Under the pieces are notes generated by a model. The model made no database searches and was not told the origin of the DNA. It worked only from the letters and a program-made list of their open reading frames with translations. The position numbers and the translations under genes were made by a program. Positions 17,806 through 27,779 of a DNA stretch of 64,000 nucleotides are shown here, in pieces; within the stretch, counting starts at the first letter, position 1; each line of letters opens with the position of its first letter. Source of the stretch: an uncultured delta proteobacterium (GTDB taxonomy: Bacteria; Desulfobacterota; Binatia; UBA9968); NCBI GenBank assembly GCA_963801935.1, contig CAWDHA010000011.1, positions 25,923 through 89,922 on the forward strand, written 5' to 3'.

Positions 17806-18831
17806 TCAGACTCCGCCGAATCCTTCATCCTGCGCTTCGGCCAACAACCATGGATCTCTAATCTCCGTGGTTGGCCCTTTACCGGCAAGTACATTGACGA
17901 CTTCGCGAGCCGCGTGGGTTTGACAGTCAATATAGGACTGATCGGAATTGGCCGCAGTGTGGCAGGTGACGATTACGTTAGGCAAAGTCAGCAGTTTGTG
18001 ATCCGCCGGCAAAGGTTCCGGCTCGGTAACGTCGAGGGCGGCACCGGCAAGCTCGCCGGCGACCAGGGCGTCATATAACGCGTCCGAGTCAACCAAACCG
18101 CCGCGCGCGCAGTTGATAAGATAAGCGGTGTTCTTCATCGCTTTGAACTGCGCCGTGCTGAACATTTTTCTCGTCTGCTTGGTGAGCGGCGCGTGCAGGC
18201 TGATAAAATCGGAAGTTTTGACCAGTTCATCAAAAGTTACCATTTTTACGCCCATGCCCTCGGCGACTTTTGGCTCCAGGTACGGATCGTAGGTCTGGAC
18301 ATTCAGCCTCATACCCTGGGCGCGCGGCGCCACCTGCTTGCCGACGTGGCCCAGGCCGACAATGCCCATGGTGCGCCCTTCGATGCGGTAGACACGGCCA
18401 CGGTAGGTATGGAGCTCGGCTGTGTGACGGCGCCATTTACCATCGTGCACGTACTGGTTCATGCGCACGAGCTTGCGCGAAATGGCAATGAGTAAACCGA
18501 TCGCTTGTTCGGATACCTCGATGGAGTTGCAGCCCGCGGCGTTGCAGATGATCATGCCATGATCCTTGGCGGCCTTGAGATCCATGCGATCGACGCCGAC
18601 GCCGGTACGACAGACGACCTTGACGCGCTTCAACTGAGAAATGATTTCGCGCGTGAGCGGCACCGAACCGTGCATGATGATGCCGTCGGCGTCTTTGCCC
18701 ATTTCAACCACGTCGGCGTCAGTGGTGGGGCGCCGGATCGTCAAGTCTGCGTCGATCTCCGCCACGATCGGCTTGATGAGATCGACCGGAACATCGTTGC
18801 TGCCGAAATAGACGACGTGAAACTTGCCCAT
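17806..18831 (-). CDS. D-isomer-specific 2-hydroxyacid dehydrogenase (PGDH/glycerate DH family)
   Basis: GIVGLGHVGKQVA (NAD-binding GxGxxG). ...YLINCARGGLVD... and ...VTCHTAANS..., catalytic R/E/H signatures. Confidence 0.8.
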   Translation of the reverse strand: MGKFHVVYFGSNDVPVDLIKPIVAEIDADLTIRRPTTDADVVEMGKDADGIIMHGSVPLTREIISQLKRVKVVCRTGVGVDRMDLKAAKDHGMIICNAAGCNSIEVSEQAIGLLIAISRKLVRMNQYVHDGKWRRHTAELHTYRGRVYRIEGRTMGIVGLGHVGKQVAPRAQGMRLNVQTYDPYLEPKVAEGMGVKMVTFDELVKTSDFISLHAPLTKQTRKMFSTAQFKAMKNTAYLINCARGGLVDSDALYDALVAGELAGAALDVTEPEPLPADHKLLTLPNVIVTCHTAANSDQSYIDCQTHAAREVVNVLAGKGPTTEIRDPWLLAEAQDEGFGGV

Positions 18832-18837
18832 TTGCTT

Positions 18838-19014
18838 TTAAACCTCCAGGCTAGAAAGGAGCTTCGGATTGGCCGACAAAATTTTCCGGCGCACCTGCTT
18901 TGAAATACGCTGGTTTCCCGTGAGATCGCCCACGGTGCGATCGGGAAGCTTGCCGATGCAATCGCTGTGCGGGTAGTCAGTGGCCGTCACTCCGCAGCCG
19001 TCGCTCAGGTTCAT
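18838..19014 (-). pseudogene. C-terminal remnant (58 aa) of an amidohydrolase family 2 gene
   Basis: Translation MNLSDGCGVTATDYPHSDCIGKLPDRTVGDLTGNQRISKQVRRKILSANPKLL aligns with the last ~55 aa of 16572..17705 (ATDYPHSDAIDKFPDKTVGAISGNDKISRASRTKILWDNPTKA). Nothing amidohydrolase-like lies upstream of it. Stop is 7 nt before the dehydrogenase start. Confidence 0.45.
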
Positions 19015-19160
19015 ACATAGACTGGGTTTATGGAGCGAGTCAACCTTCAGTCGTTACGCTCCCGTTCCAAGGAGTTTCAGCAGCTCTGCTGGTTCCAACT
19101 GCAGCGCGGCGCCAATGCGTGGACGACCCGGTGAAGTCATAGTAGATTGAACACTTCACT

Positions 19161-20828
19161 ATGAAAGTACGCCGCGCCCGGCTCACTACGGGTCTGATCT
19201 TACTGACCTATCTCGCGACCCACTTCACGAATCATGCGCTGGGGTTGATTTCCTTGGAGGCGATGGAATGGGGCCGGCGCTGGTTTCTCGCGCTGTGGCG
19301 CAACCCATTGGCAACGACGGCGCTGTATACGTCTTTACTGGTGCATTTTTCGCTTGCGCTCTGGTCGCTTTACCAACGCCGCCACCTGCGCATGCCCGTG
19401 TGGGAGACATTGCAGCTCACCATGGGCCTGGCGATTCCGCCGTTGTTGTCGATCCACTTCGTGGGCACGCGCCTGAGCCACGAATGGTTCGGCGTGGATG
19501 ATACCTACAGTCTGCTGGTACTGACACTCTGGCATGCCTCCCCATGGGACGGTGTGAAGCAGTCGATTTTGATCACCGTCGCATGGCTGCATGGCTGCAT
19601 CGGCTTTCATTTCTGGCTGCGGCTGCGGCCGTGGTATAGCCGCTCGGCGCCCTTTCTCCTGGTTTGCGCATTATTGTTTCCGCTTCTGGGGCTTCTGGGA
19701 TTTTCCCAGGCCGGCCACGAAGTGTCGAACCTGGTGGCGCAGAACCCCGCCTGGATAGAGTCGGTCGTGCGTCAAAGCAAGCTGCCAGCGCCGGGCCAGC
19801 GCCAAGTTCTGTACCGCGTTAACAACGCTGTTATCGCCGTCTTCCTGTCGACCTTGGCACTCACCCTGGTCGCGCGCGCCGCGCGTTATCTTTATGAGAG
19901 CCGCAGCCGGGTACGGATCCGCTATCCCGACGGCCGCGAAGTGCGTGTGCCCCGAGGTTTCACTGTTCTCGAAGCCAGCCGTTTCGCGCGCGTGCCGCAC
20001 GCCTCGGTGTGCGGCGGGCGCGGCCGCTGTTCGACTTGCCGGGTGCGCGTTTTGATTCCGACGTCCGGACTACCGCCGCCAAGCGGCGCCGAACAGCGAG
20101 TTTTGCAACGCGTCGGCGCTCCACCGAATGTGCGACTGGCCTGCCAGCTTCGCCCCAATGCCGACTTGTCGGTGATTCCGCTTTTACCGGCGAATGCCGC
20201 GGCAACCGCCGGCTATGAGCAGCCGGCTTATCTTGCCGGCCAGGAGCGCACCATCGCCGTGTTGTTTGCCGACTTACGTACCTTCACCGGTATCGCCGAA
20301 CAGAAATTGCCCTATGATCTGGTGTTTCTCCTGAACAGTTACTTTGCGACAGTCGGAGAGGCAATCACCGCTGCTGGCGGTATCGTCGATAAATTTATCG
20401 GCGATGGCGTCATGGCGCTCTTTGGCGTTAACAACAGCGCTGAAGCCGGTTGCCGGCAAGCGATCGCCGCGGCCCATGCCATGGTTAGAGAAATTGAGGT
20501 TCTAAGCCATAGCCTTGAAGTGGAGCTTCCCGTGCCGCTTAAACTCGGGGTCGGCATCCATAGCGGTCCGGCGGTCGTGGGTCTCATGGGTTATGGCCCG
20601 AGCATTCACCTCACCGCGATCGGCGATACCGTGAACGTCGCCAGCCGGCTCCAAGACTTGACCAAGGAATATAGTTGCTCCCTGGTAATTTCCGAACAAG
20701 TGGCAAACTACGCGAGATTGAACGTGAGCGCGTTGCCGCGGCACGAGATCACCGTGCGAAACCGCCGTGAAGCCCTGACGATTTTCGTCGTGGACGACGT
20801 CGCGAGCGTGGCCGGCAGCGTATCTTAG
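19161..20828 (+). CDS. membrane-anchored 2Fe-2S ferredoxin / class III adenylate-guanylate cyclase fusion
   Basis: N-terminal ~240 aa has 5-6 TM helices with conserved His (HFTNH, HFVGTRLSHEW, WLHGCIGFHFW). Plant-type 2Fe-2S motif CGGRGRCSTCRV...LACQ. Cyclase motifs AVLFADLRTFT...FIGDGVMALFG...NVASRL. Confidence 0.75.
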   Translation: MKVRRARLTTGLILLTYLATHFTNHALGLISLEAMEWGRRWFLALWRNPLATTALYTSLLVHFSLALWSLYQRRHLRMPVWETLQLTMGLAIPPLLSIHFVGTRLSHEWFGVDDTYSLLVLTLWHASPWDGVKQSILITVAWLHGCIGFHFWLRLRPWYSRSAPFLLVCALLFPLLGLLGFSQAGHEVSNLVAQNPAWIESVVRQSKLPAPGQRQVLYRVNNAVIAVFLSTLALTLVARAARYLYESRSRVRIRYPDGREVRVPRGFTVLEASRFARVPHASVCGGRGRCSTCRVRVLIPTSGLPPPSGAEQRVLQRVGAPPNVRLACQLRPNADLSVIPLLPANAAATAGYEQPAYLAGQERTIAVLFADLRTFTGIAEQKLPYDLVFLLNSYFATVGEAITAAGGIVDKFIGDGVMALFGVNNSAEAGCRQAIAAAHAMVREIEVLSHSLEVELPVPLKLGVGIHSGPAVVGLMGYGPSIHLTAIGDTVNVASRLQDLTKEYSCSLVISEQVANYARLNVSALPRHEITVRNRREALTIFVVDDVASVAGSVS

Positions 20829-21006
20829 ACGGTCCATGGAAACGCGCGACAGCGAGTGACTTTACCCGAAAATAGTTTGCTGCCTTGTGAAAAATCCATA
20901 ACGGATTGACCGCGACCTCTTTGGCGTAAACGCCTCCTTTGTGTTACTTAATACCGGCTGGCGTTTAGCGCGCTGGTATAAGCGGGTTAACGAAAGGGAG
21001 CAAACC

Positions 21007-21981
21007 ATGAAGATCGCGGTCATTGACGATTATCAGAATGCCTTCAAGACGCTTAAGTGCTTTCCTAAACTCAGCGGCCATGACGTGGTTGCGCATAACG
21101 ATCCGGAAACAGATCCGACCCGTCTTGCCGAGCGGCTCAAGGACGCCGAGGTCGTGGTGCTGACGCAACAACGTTCGAGCTTCCCGCGCACGGTTATCGA
21201 GCGGCTGCCCAAGTTAAAAATGATCAGTCAGACCGGCGGCGGCACGGCGCATATCGACGTCGCGGCCTGCACCGAGCGCGGCATCGTCGTCGCCGCAGGC
21301 GGCGGCGGAAGATCAAATGCCACGGCGGAATTGACGTGGGCGCTGATTCTGAGCGCGCTGCGCAACGTGCCCTATGAGGTCAAACGTTTAAAAGAGGGAC
21401 GCTGGCAATCAACTCTGGGCGTGGAGGTCAAGGATAAGACATTCGGAATTTACGCCTATGGAAAAATCGGTTCGATTGTCGCCGCCGTGGCTAAAGCGTT
21501 CGGCGCGCGGGTGGTTTGCTGGGGACGGGAAGGATCTACGAAACGCGCCCGTGACGCCGGCTTTGCGGTGGCGTCGAGCCGCGCGCAGTTCTTCGCCGGC
21601 GCCGATATCCTAACCCTGCACCTGCCGCTCAATAAAGAAACCCGCGGCATTGTGACCGGAGACGATCTGGCGCGGATGAAAACCACCGCGCTGTTGGTCA
21701 ACCCGAGCCGCTCCGGGCTCATCGCTGACGGCGCGCTGGAAGAGGCGCTCAAGGCCGGCCGGCCCGGCTTCGCCGCCGTCGATGTTTACGGAAAAGAGCC
21801 GGTGCTCGGCGCCGCCCACCCGCTGCTGCAGATGGAAAACGCCACCTGCACACCGCATCTCGGATATGTGACCCAGGAAGCCTACGAGCAATACTACGGC
21901 GTCGTCGTCGATCAGATTGTCGCCTTCGCCGCAGGAAAACCGATAAACGTGGCGAATCCGGAAGTGCTGGCGGGGAAATGA
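21007..21981 (+). CDS. D-isomer-specific 2-hydroxyacid dehydrogenase (second paralog)
   Basis: RBS GGAG, ATG 21007. GIYAYGKIGSIVA (NAD motif). ...ALLVNPSRSGLI... and ...TCTPHLGY... Confidence 0.8.
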   Translation: MKIAVIDDYQNAFKTLKCFPKLSGHDVVAHNDPETDPTRLAERLKDAEVVVLTQQRSSFPRTVIERLPKLKMISQTGGGTAHIDVAACTERGIVVAAGGGGRSNATAELTWALILSALRNVPYEVKRLKEGRWQSTLGVEVKDKTFGIYAYGKIGSIVAAVAKAFGARVVCWGREGSTKRARDAGFAVASSRAQFFAGADILTLHLPLNKETRGIVTGDDLARMKTTALLVNPSRSGLIADGALEEALKAGRPGFAAVDVYGKEPVLGAAHPLLQMENATCTPHLGYVTQEAYEQYYGVVVDQIVAFAAGKPINVANPEVLAGK

Positions 21982-21984
21982 GGT

Positions 21985-22045
21985 CGTTCCGAGTTTCGGG
22001 TTTTGGGTTTCGGGTCAACTCGGAACGCGAGACTCGAAACTGCGC
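21985..22045. terminator. heptad-repeat hairpin (GTTTCGGG units) between convergent genes
   Basis: cgagtttcgggttttgggtttcggg ... cgagactcgaaact. Confidence 0.4.
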
Positions 22046-22047
22046 TG

Positions 22048-23028
22048 CTAGGGCCGCCACCCCGCCTTTGTCAATTCCTCGTCCGCTTTGGTCGCGAAGC
22101 TGAAATCATAAGCGCGCTCGGTGGGCACTATCTTGTCGACTTTGAGGACTTCGCGAACGATGTCGAGATCGTTCTTCTGGGTTTCTTCGTCGACCACGCC
22201 GTTAATCGCAAAAGTTCCGATCATGCCGTCGTAAGTCCGCGCCGCCAAGTCCCTGTTCAATTCGGAAAACTTGACCATGGTATCGATCGCGACCTCGCGA
22301 TTTTGCTTAACCAGGCGCAAGGCTTTGAGTAGCGCGCGCATGAACCCGTGCATCAGCTTGGGTTTTTGTTTGATGAACTGGTCGTTGGTTGCGATCGTCC
22401 CCCAGGAATTTTTGACTTCTTTGCCCAAGTACATGATTTCTTTCATACCCTGATCGAGAGCGGCAAAGCGTTCTTCCGAACTCAATAGGCCGCCGTCGAC
22501 AGTGCCCGACAGCAGCGCCGCAAGCCGCTGGCCCGGTGGCAAGGCAAGAAAAGTAACGTCTTTATTGGCGTCCAGCCCGTACTTGGGCGCGACCTTCCTG
22601 AACATAAACGTGGCGACCGCGGCGATGCCGGTGACGGCGATCTTTTTGTTCTTCAAATCTTTCAGGCTGCCATACTGCGGCCGTGCGATCAGCCATTGCA
22701 AAACCTGATCGTTGACGGCCAGCACCGTTTTCAACGGCGCATTGCCCTGGGTCACCGCGACCAGAGCGCTGCTGCCAGAGCCGGTGAAGTCCATTTCGCC
22801 GGCGAGCACGGCTTGCAACCCGGTCGTGGATGCCATGACGACGACATTGAGATCGATGCCTTCTTCCTTCATGTAGCCGCGCTCTTTGGCGAGCGGAAAG
22901 ATTATGAACTGAAAGGACTTGGACGGCAGGGTAACGTTGATCTTTTCCAGAGCCAAGCTCGATTTACCGGGAAAGAGCGCGCAGCTGAGCACCACGACCG
23001 TGACCATCATCATAATAATTTTTTTCAT
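22048..23028 (-). CDS. NMT1/THI5-like (SsuA/TauA-type) ABC substrate-binding protein, orphan
   Basis: Signal peptide MMMVTVVVLSCALF. ...KDLKNKKIAVTGIAAVATF... and ...ALLSGTVDGGLL..., NMT1-family motifs. No permease adjacent. Confidence 0.7.
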   Translation of the reverse strand: MKKIIMMMVTVVVLSCALFPGKSSLALEKINVTLPSKSFQFIIFPLAKERGYMKEEGIDLNVVVMASTTGLQAVLAGEMDFTGSGSSALVAVTQGNAPLKTVLAVNDQVLQWLIARPQYGSLKDLKNKKIAVTGIAAVATFMFRKVAPKYGLDANKDVTFLALPPGQRLAALLSGTVDGGLLSSEERFAALDQGMKEIMYLGKEVKNSWGTIATNDQFIKQKPKLMHGFMRALLKALRLVKQNREVAIDTMVKFSELNRDLAARTYDGMIGTFAINGVVDEETQKNDLDIVREVLKVDKIVPTERAYDFSFATKADEELTKAGWRP

Positions 23029-23325
23029 GGTTCATTCCCCTGCGATTGGCAGCGCTGGTTATCGACCTCAGACCGAACCGGCGCGTCCGCATTATAGCCA
23101 AAGTGAAATTTTTATGTCGAGAGGCCGGCGCCGGAAAGATTGTCGCCTAAGGCGCAAGCCTTCACTGTTGGCCGCCGCAGATCTCTAAGCCGCGCATCGA
23201 GCGCATGTTGCGCTTCGTCAAAGAAACGGTGTGAATCGGCAGGCTTGGCGCTTGCTTCAGCGCTCAAGGGCGGATAGAAAACTTCTTAACGGTTGAACAG
23301 AAGGCCGCGGGAGGGAAATACAATA

Positions 23326-23919
23326 ATGACCATTGTGAAAGGCTACTCGATGATAGCGCAAACGAAAAGAATTCTCTTGGCGTTGTTCGTGGCGACCGCC
23401 GCTTCCCAGGCTCAAGTCCAAGCCCAGGAAACGATTCCTTTTGTGCCTTCGCCGATGCCGGTGGTGTTGCGCATGCTCGAAGTGGCGGAGTTCAAGAAGG
23501 GCGATGTGCTTTACGACATGGGCAGCGGCGACGGCCGTATCGTTATCAATGCTGCGAAAAAGTACGGCGTGCGCGGCGTCGGTGTGGACCTCAACCCGGA
23601 ATTAGTGGAAAAGGCAAAAGCCAATGCGGCGCAGGAAGGCGTTAGCCATCTGGTCGAGTTTCGCGCCGCCGACGGCCTGACCGTCGATATTTCCGAAGCT
23701 ACCGTGGTGACGCTTTACATGTTCAAGTGGTTCAATAACCAGCTCCGTCCCAAACTGCAAAAACTCAAGCCCGGCTCGCGCGTGATTGCTCACGATTTCG
23801 ACATCGATGACTGGAAACCGACCCGGGTCGAATATGTGAGCCCGAATGAATCAGCTTCCGAATTCAGCGAACCGCGCACGCTCTTTATCTGGAATATTGA
23901 AACGCCTGCGGCGCCGTAA
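23326..23919 (+). CDS. secreted class-I SAM-MTase-fold protein (paralog 3, lacks the C-terminal extension)
   Basis: RBS GGGAGGG. Signal peptide ALFVATAASQAQVQA. FVPSPMPVV...VLYDMGSGDGRIVINAAKKYG. Confidence 0.6.
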   Translation: MTIVKGYSMIAQTKRILLALFVATAASQAQVQAQETIPFVPSPMPVVLRMLEVAEFKKGDVLYDMGSGDGRIVINAAKKYGVRGVGVDLNPELVEKAKANAAQEGVSHLVEFRAADGLTVDISEATVVTLYMFKWFNNQLRPKLQKLKPGSRVIAHDFDIDDWKPTRVEYVSPNESASEFSEPRTLFIWNIETPAAP

Positions 23920-24073
23920 TCCTTGTCGGGTGCCGGCACACTGTAGAAGCGCGTTCATCCGAAAATCTCCCATCTATCTCATGGCGTGCCGCGCAAGGAC
24001 GCAGCACGGTCGTGTGTCATGCCATTTTTGTGTTTAAGACTATGTCGCCGCGACAGGGCAAGTCGACAACACT

Positions 24074-25126
24074 ATGCTGAGCTATGACGTCGTTGAATGG
24101 GGTGAAGCCCTCGAACCCATCGAGCGCGCGCTGCCGCAACCGGCGAGCACTGAAGTCCTGCTTCGGCTCAAGTATTGCGGTGTGTGCCATAGCGATGTCC
24201 ACATCCGCGATGGCTACTTCGATCTCGGCGGCCGCAAGCGTTTGCAAATGACCGCGCGCGGCATCGAGTTGCCGGCGACGTTGGGTCACGAGCCGTTTGG
24301 AACAGTCATCGCCGCGGGACCGGACGCCGGCGACGTGCCGCTCGGCCAGGATCGTCTCGTCTATCCGTGGACCGGCTGCGGCAACTGTGCGCGTTGTCTC
24401 GAGGGGCTCGACAATTACTGCATGACGCCGCGCATGATCGGCCTCCAGCGAAACGGCGGCTACTCCGATCACCTGCTGGTGCCACACCCGCGTTACCTCA
24501 TCGATGCTGCCGGCCTCGATCCCGCCTGGGCAGCCACCTTATCGTGTTCCGGGCTGTCTACTTATTCCGCAGTAGCAAAGTTAACGCCGATCCCGGCCGA
24601 CGAGTGGGTTGCGGTGATAGGGGCCGGCGGGCTCGGTCTTTCAGCGATCGCGCTGTTGCGCGCGTTGGGACATGAACGCATCGTCGCGGTTGACATCGAC
24701 GCGCGCAAGCTAGCCGCCGCCGAAAAGAGCGGCGCGGCGGCGACCGTTCAGGCGAGCGGCGGCGACGGCGCAAGGAAGCTCCGCGAGATCGCCGGCGGTT
24801 GGTTGTATGGCGCCACCGATTTCGTCGGCTCCACGGACACGGCGGAACTGGCGCTCGGCGCGGTGCGCAAAGGAGGGCGTTTGATTTTGGTCGGATTATT
24901 CGGCGGCGAGATCTTGTTGTCGATAGCTTCGACAATCCTCCGAGCGTTAATCGTCCAGGGCTCCCACCTCGGCTCGCTCTCTGAGCTGAGAGAAGTTGTT
25001 GCGCTGGCGCGCACAGGCAAACTACAGTCGATACCGATCAGCACGCGCCCACTAGCAGAAGTCAATCAAACTCTCGATGAATTAAAAGCCGGAACGATCA
25101 TCGGACGGGTGGTGGCGAAAGTTTAA
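24074..25126 (+). CDS. zinc-binding alcohol dehydrogenase (MDR superfamily)
   Basis: GVCHSDVH (catalytic Zn), CGNCARCLEGLDNYC (structural Zn), VIGAGGLGLSAI (NAD GxGxxG). Confidence 0.8.
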   Translation: MLSYDVVEWGEALEPIERALPQPASTEVLLRLKYCGVCHSDVHIRDGYFDLGGRKRLQMTARGIELPATLGHEPFGTVIAAGPDAGDVPLGQDRLVYPWTGCGNCARCLEGLDNYCMTPRMIGLQRNGGYSDHLLVPHPRYLIDAAGLDPAWAATLSCSGLSTYSAVAKLTPIPADEWVAVIGAGGLGLSAIALLRALGHERIVAVDIDARKLAAAEKSGAAATVQASGGDGARKLREIAGGWLYGATDFVGSTDTAELALGAVRKGGRLILVGLFGGEILLSIASTILRALIVQGSHLGSLSELREVVALARTGKLQSIPISTRPLAEVNQTLDELKAGTIIGRVVAKV

Positions 25127-25143
25127 CAGGCTACCGGGGATAA

Positions 25144-25250
25144 CAGGTTCCTGGTTTCTACGCTTCTCGTTTATAGTTTGAAATCCGGAAGTTCAAATTT
25201 TCATAAACGAGAAACCTGGAACTAGGAACTAGAAACGGAAGTTCTGTCAG
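25144..25250. terminator. heptad-repeat palindromic hairpin (GTTTC/GGAAC units)
   Basis: ggttcctggtttctacgcttctcgtttat ... ataaacgagaaacctggaactaggaactagaaac. Confidence 0.5.
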
Positions 25251-25258
25251 TCGCAAGA

Positions 25259-26476
25259 ATGCCCACGCGCAGCACACAAAGTCATTGGCTTTTTATCACG
25301 TTGGCTGCCGCGGCGGTGCTGATGGTAACCATGGGAGCGCGGCAATCGCTCGGGTTGTTCGTTTTCCCGATCAACGACTCCACCGGACTCGGGCTTGTGA
25401 CGATCAGTTTCGCGCTCGCGTTCGGACAGTTTATCTGGGGCGCGATCCAACCGCTCGCCGGCGCTGTCGCAGACCGCTACGGGCCGGACGAGTGCTGGTA
25501 GGCGGTTTGCTTTTTCTCGCTTAGGAAGCGCATTGACGCCGTTTCTCACTTCGGGATTGGGCCTGGTGATCGCCATCGGTATCTTATCGGTGATCGGCTC
25601 CGGCGCGGCGAGCTTCTCAGTGTTGATCGGCGCGGTCGCGCAGAGGGTCGCCGCAGCGCAGCGCGGCAGCGCCGCGGGCGTTATCAACGCCGGCGGTTCC
25701 TTCGGACAGTTCGTCTTTGCGCCGCTGTTGCAAAAACTGATCTCGCTTTTCGGCTGGACGGGCGCTATGGGGTCGCTGGCGTTGATCGCATCGGCGACGC
25801 TGCCGTTGGCGCGCCCGCTGCGCCGCGCGCCGGGTGACCAAACATCGAGCACCGCGACCTCCGCCGCGGATAGTTTGCGCACCGCGGTGCGCCGCGCGCT
25901 TTCAGACCGGAGTTACCTTTTACTCCACGCCGGCTTTTTTACCTGCGGCTTTCACGTCGCTTTCGTTGTCACACATTTGCCGGGCGAAGTGAGTTTGCAT
26001 GGCCTGGCACTTCATGTGGCGAGTTGGTCGCTGGCGATCATTGGCGCTGGGAATATCTACGGCAGCCTCGCCGCGGGCTGGTGCGTCAATCGCTACCGCG
26101 GCAAGTATGTCTTGTCCTGCGTATACGGATCGCCAGCGCCCTTGGTGTTGCTCTATCTGCCAGCGCCGAAGAGTGAGTGGACCTTTTATCTCTTCGCCGT
26201 CGGCCTCGGTTTTCCTGGCTTGCAACCATTCCGCCGACCGCAGGTGTGATCGGCAAGTTCTACGGCCCGCGTTATCTCGCGACCCTGTTCGGCTTGACGT
26301 TGCTCTCGCACCAGACGGGTGGTTTTCTCGGCGCATGGCTAGGCGGCATCGCGGTGGTGCACTACGGTGATTATCTGCTGATGTGGTACGCGGATGTGTT
26401 GCTCGCGGCGGTGGCGATGCTGTGCAATTTCCCGATTCGCGAGCCGCTGGCGCAGCCGGCAGCGGTATCGGCCTAA
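25259..26476 (+). pseudogene. MFS transporter (OFA/YbfB-like) split into 3 frames by two frameshifts
   Basis: ORFs 25259..25501, 25533..26249 and 26177..26476 together reconstitute a 12-TM MFS protein. Breaks are near 25495 and 26230. Confidence 0.5.
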
Positions 26477-26547
26477 AGAAGAAAAATGAACCGCAGAGCA
26501 ACAGACGCAGGGCTGCTAGAGGACTGACGCGGCGATGGATTCGTAGG

Positions 26548-26573
26548 TTGGGTTAGCGTACCGTAACCCAACA
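26548..26573. terminator. stem-loop GTTGGGTTAgcgtaccgTAACCCAAC between convergent genes
   Basis: 9-bp perfect stem, 8-nt loop. Confidence 0.4.
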
Positions 26574-26649
26574 TCCTTGGAGATACGTGGCATAGCGCGG
26601 ACTGTGGCGCAGTCCTATACTTTCGAACCCGCTGATATCGACAGACTTG

Positions 26650-27597
26650 TTAATCCTCCGACCACACGCCTTTCAATTTCAATTGCATTTGGGTTAACGC
26701 AGCGCGACCGGCCAGCCCGTAAGGGTTGCCAAACGTCTCCTGCATCTCAAAATGATTTAATCCTGCGCCAACGATGAGCTCTACCGGTTTAGCGGCGGCT
26801 TTTACGGCTGCGGCAAAATCGCGCCCCTGGCGTTGGAACTCCGGTGTTTCTTCACTGCCATAAGCGATGACAACCGGCGCGTTGAGTTTGCCGAGATGGC
26901 GTTGGCTGCTCAGCTTCTCTTCGATTTCGTCGGTAAAGTTCACATATTCGCTGCGTTTGGAAAGCCTGACGGGTTTCAAGTCGTACATGCCGCTGACGAG
27001 CAGCCCGCCTTTGATGATATCCGCCGGCAAGCCGTACTCATCGACCCAATCGGTGATCAGGGCGACACCGGCCAGGTGCGCGCCCGAGGAATGGCCGGCT
27101 ATGAAAATGCGCTCGCGATCGGCGCCGAAGGTTGGCGCGTTCTTATAAACCCAGGCGACCGCGCGCCGGACTTGTTCGATCATCGGCAGGAGGCTCCGCC
27201 CGGCGTCTTGAACCTGCACAAAATCAAGAACCGCAAAATGCGCGCCGGCGGTCATAAGCATCTCGGCCGGAAACGCGAAGTCTTTGGCGCTGCCGTTGCG
27301 CCATGCGCCGCCGTGAACAAAAATTTGAATCGGCGCGTTCGGCCGTTGCGTTTTGTAGAGGTCGAGCTGCTCAACTTGAGTGGCGCCATAGGCGGCGCGC
27401 TCCGGCGGAAAGCGTTTCAACAGCGACTCGCTGGCAGCCTTGCGCCGGGCGGCAAGCAGCGGTTGATTGGACGCGTAAACCGTCTGGTCATAGGCGTCAT
27501 CCAATTGTTTTTGATCCATGTCGAGCCAGACGAGCGGGCCGCGCGGCCGGCTTACTGCCAAAGTGGAGTTTTGTTCAGCGGCGGAATCGATTGCCAT
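26650..27597 (-). CDS. alpha/beta hydrolase fold-3 esterase (HSL/arylformamidase-like)
   Basis: IFVHGGAW (HGG oxyanion hole) and IAGHSSGAHLA (GxSxG nucleophile). Confidence 0.7.
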   Translation of the reverse strand: MAIDSAAEQNSTLAVSRPRGPLVWLDMDQKQLDDAYDQTVYASNQPLLAARRKAASESLLKRFPPERAAYGATQVEQLDLYKTQRPNAPIQIFVHGGAWRNGSAKDFAFPAEMLMTAGAHFAVLDFVQVQDAGRSLLPMIEQVRRAVAWVYKNAPTFGADRERIFIAGHSSGAHLAGVALITDWVDEYGLPADIIKGGLLVSGMYDLKPVRLSKRSEYVNFTDEIEEKLSSQRHLGKLNAPVVIAYGSEETPEFQRQGRDFAAAVKAAAKPVELIVGAGLNHFEMQETFGNPYGLAGRAALTQMQLKLKGVWSED

Positions 27598-27779
27598 GTT
27601 TGTTCCTATTCTGCTGGTTCAAAGTTCAAGGCCGCCGTTCGGAAAAGGTTGGCGCTTTGAGTCACTGTCTACTTAGAGCACATAGCGAGTTTGGGTCAAC
27701 GTCTAAAATCTTCTCGACGGTCGCAACCTTGGACCCGGTGGCCAGGTGTGACATCTTGCAGCCAGAGAATAGTTGCAGC

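Noticed and set aside
26500-26520. Possible solo MITE terminus GGGCTGCTAG near 26510
   Set aside because: Only a 10-bp match to the 3' TIR end, with no adjacent repeat body. Chance occurrence is plausible.
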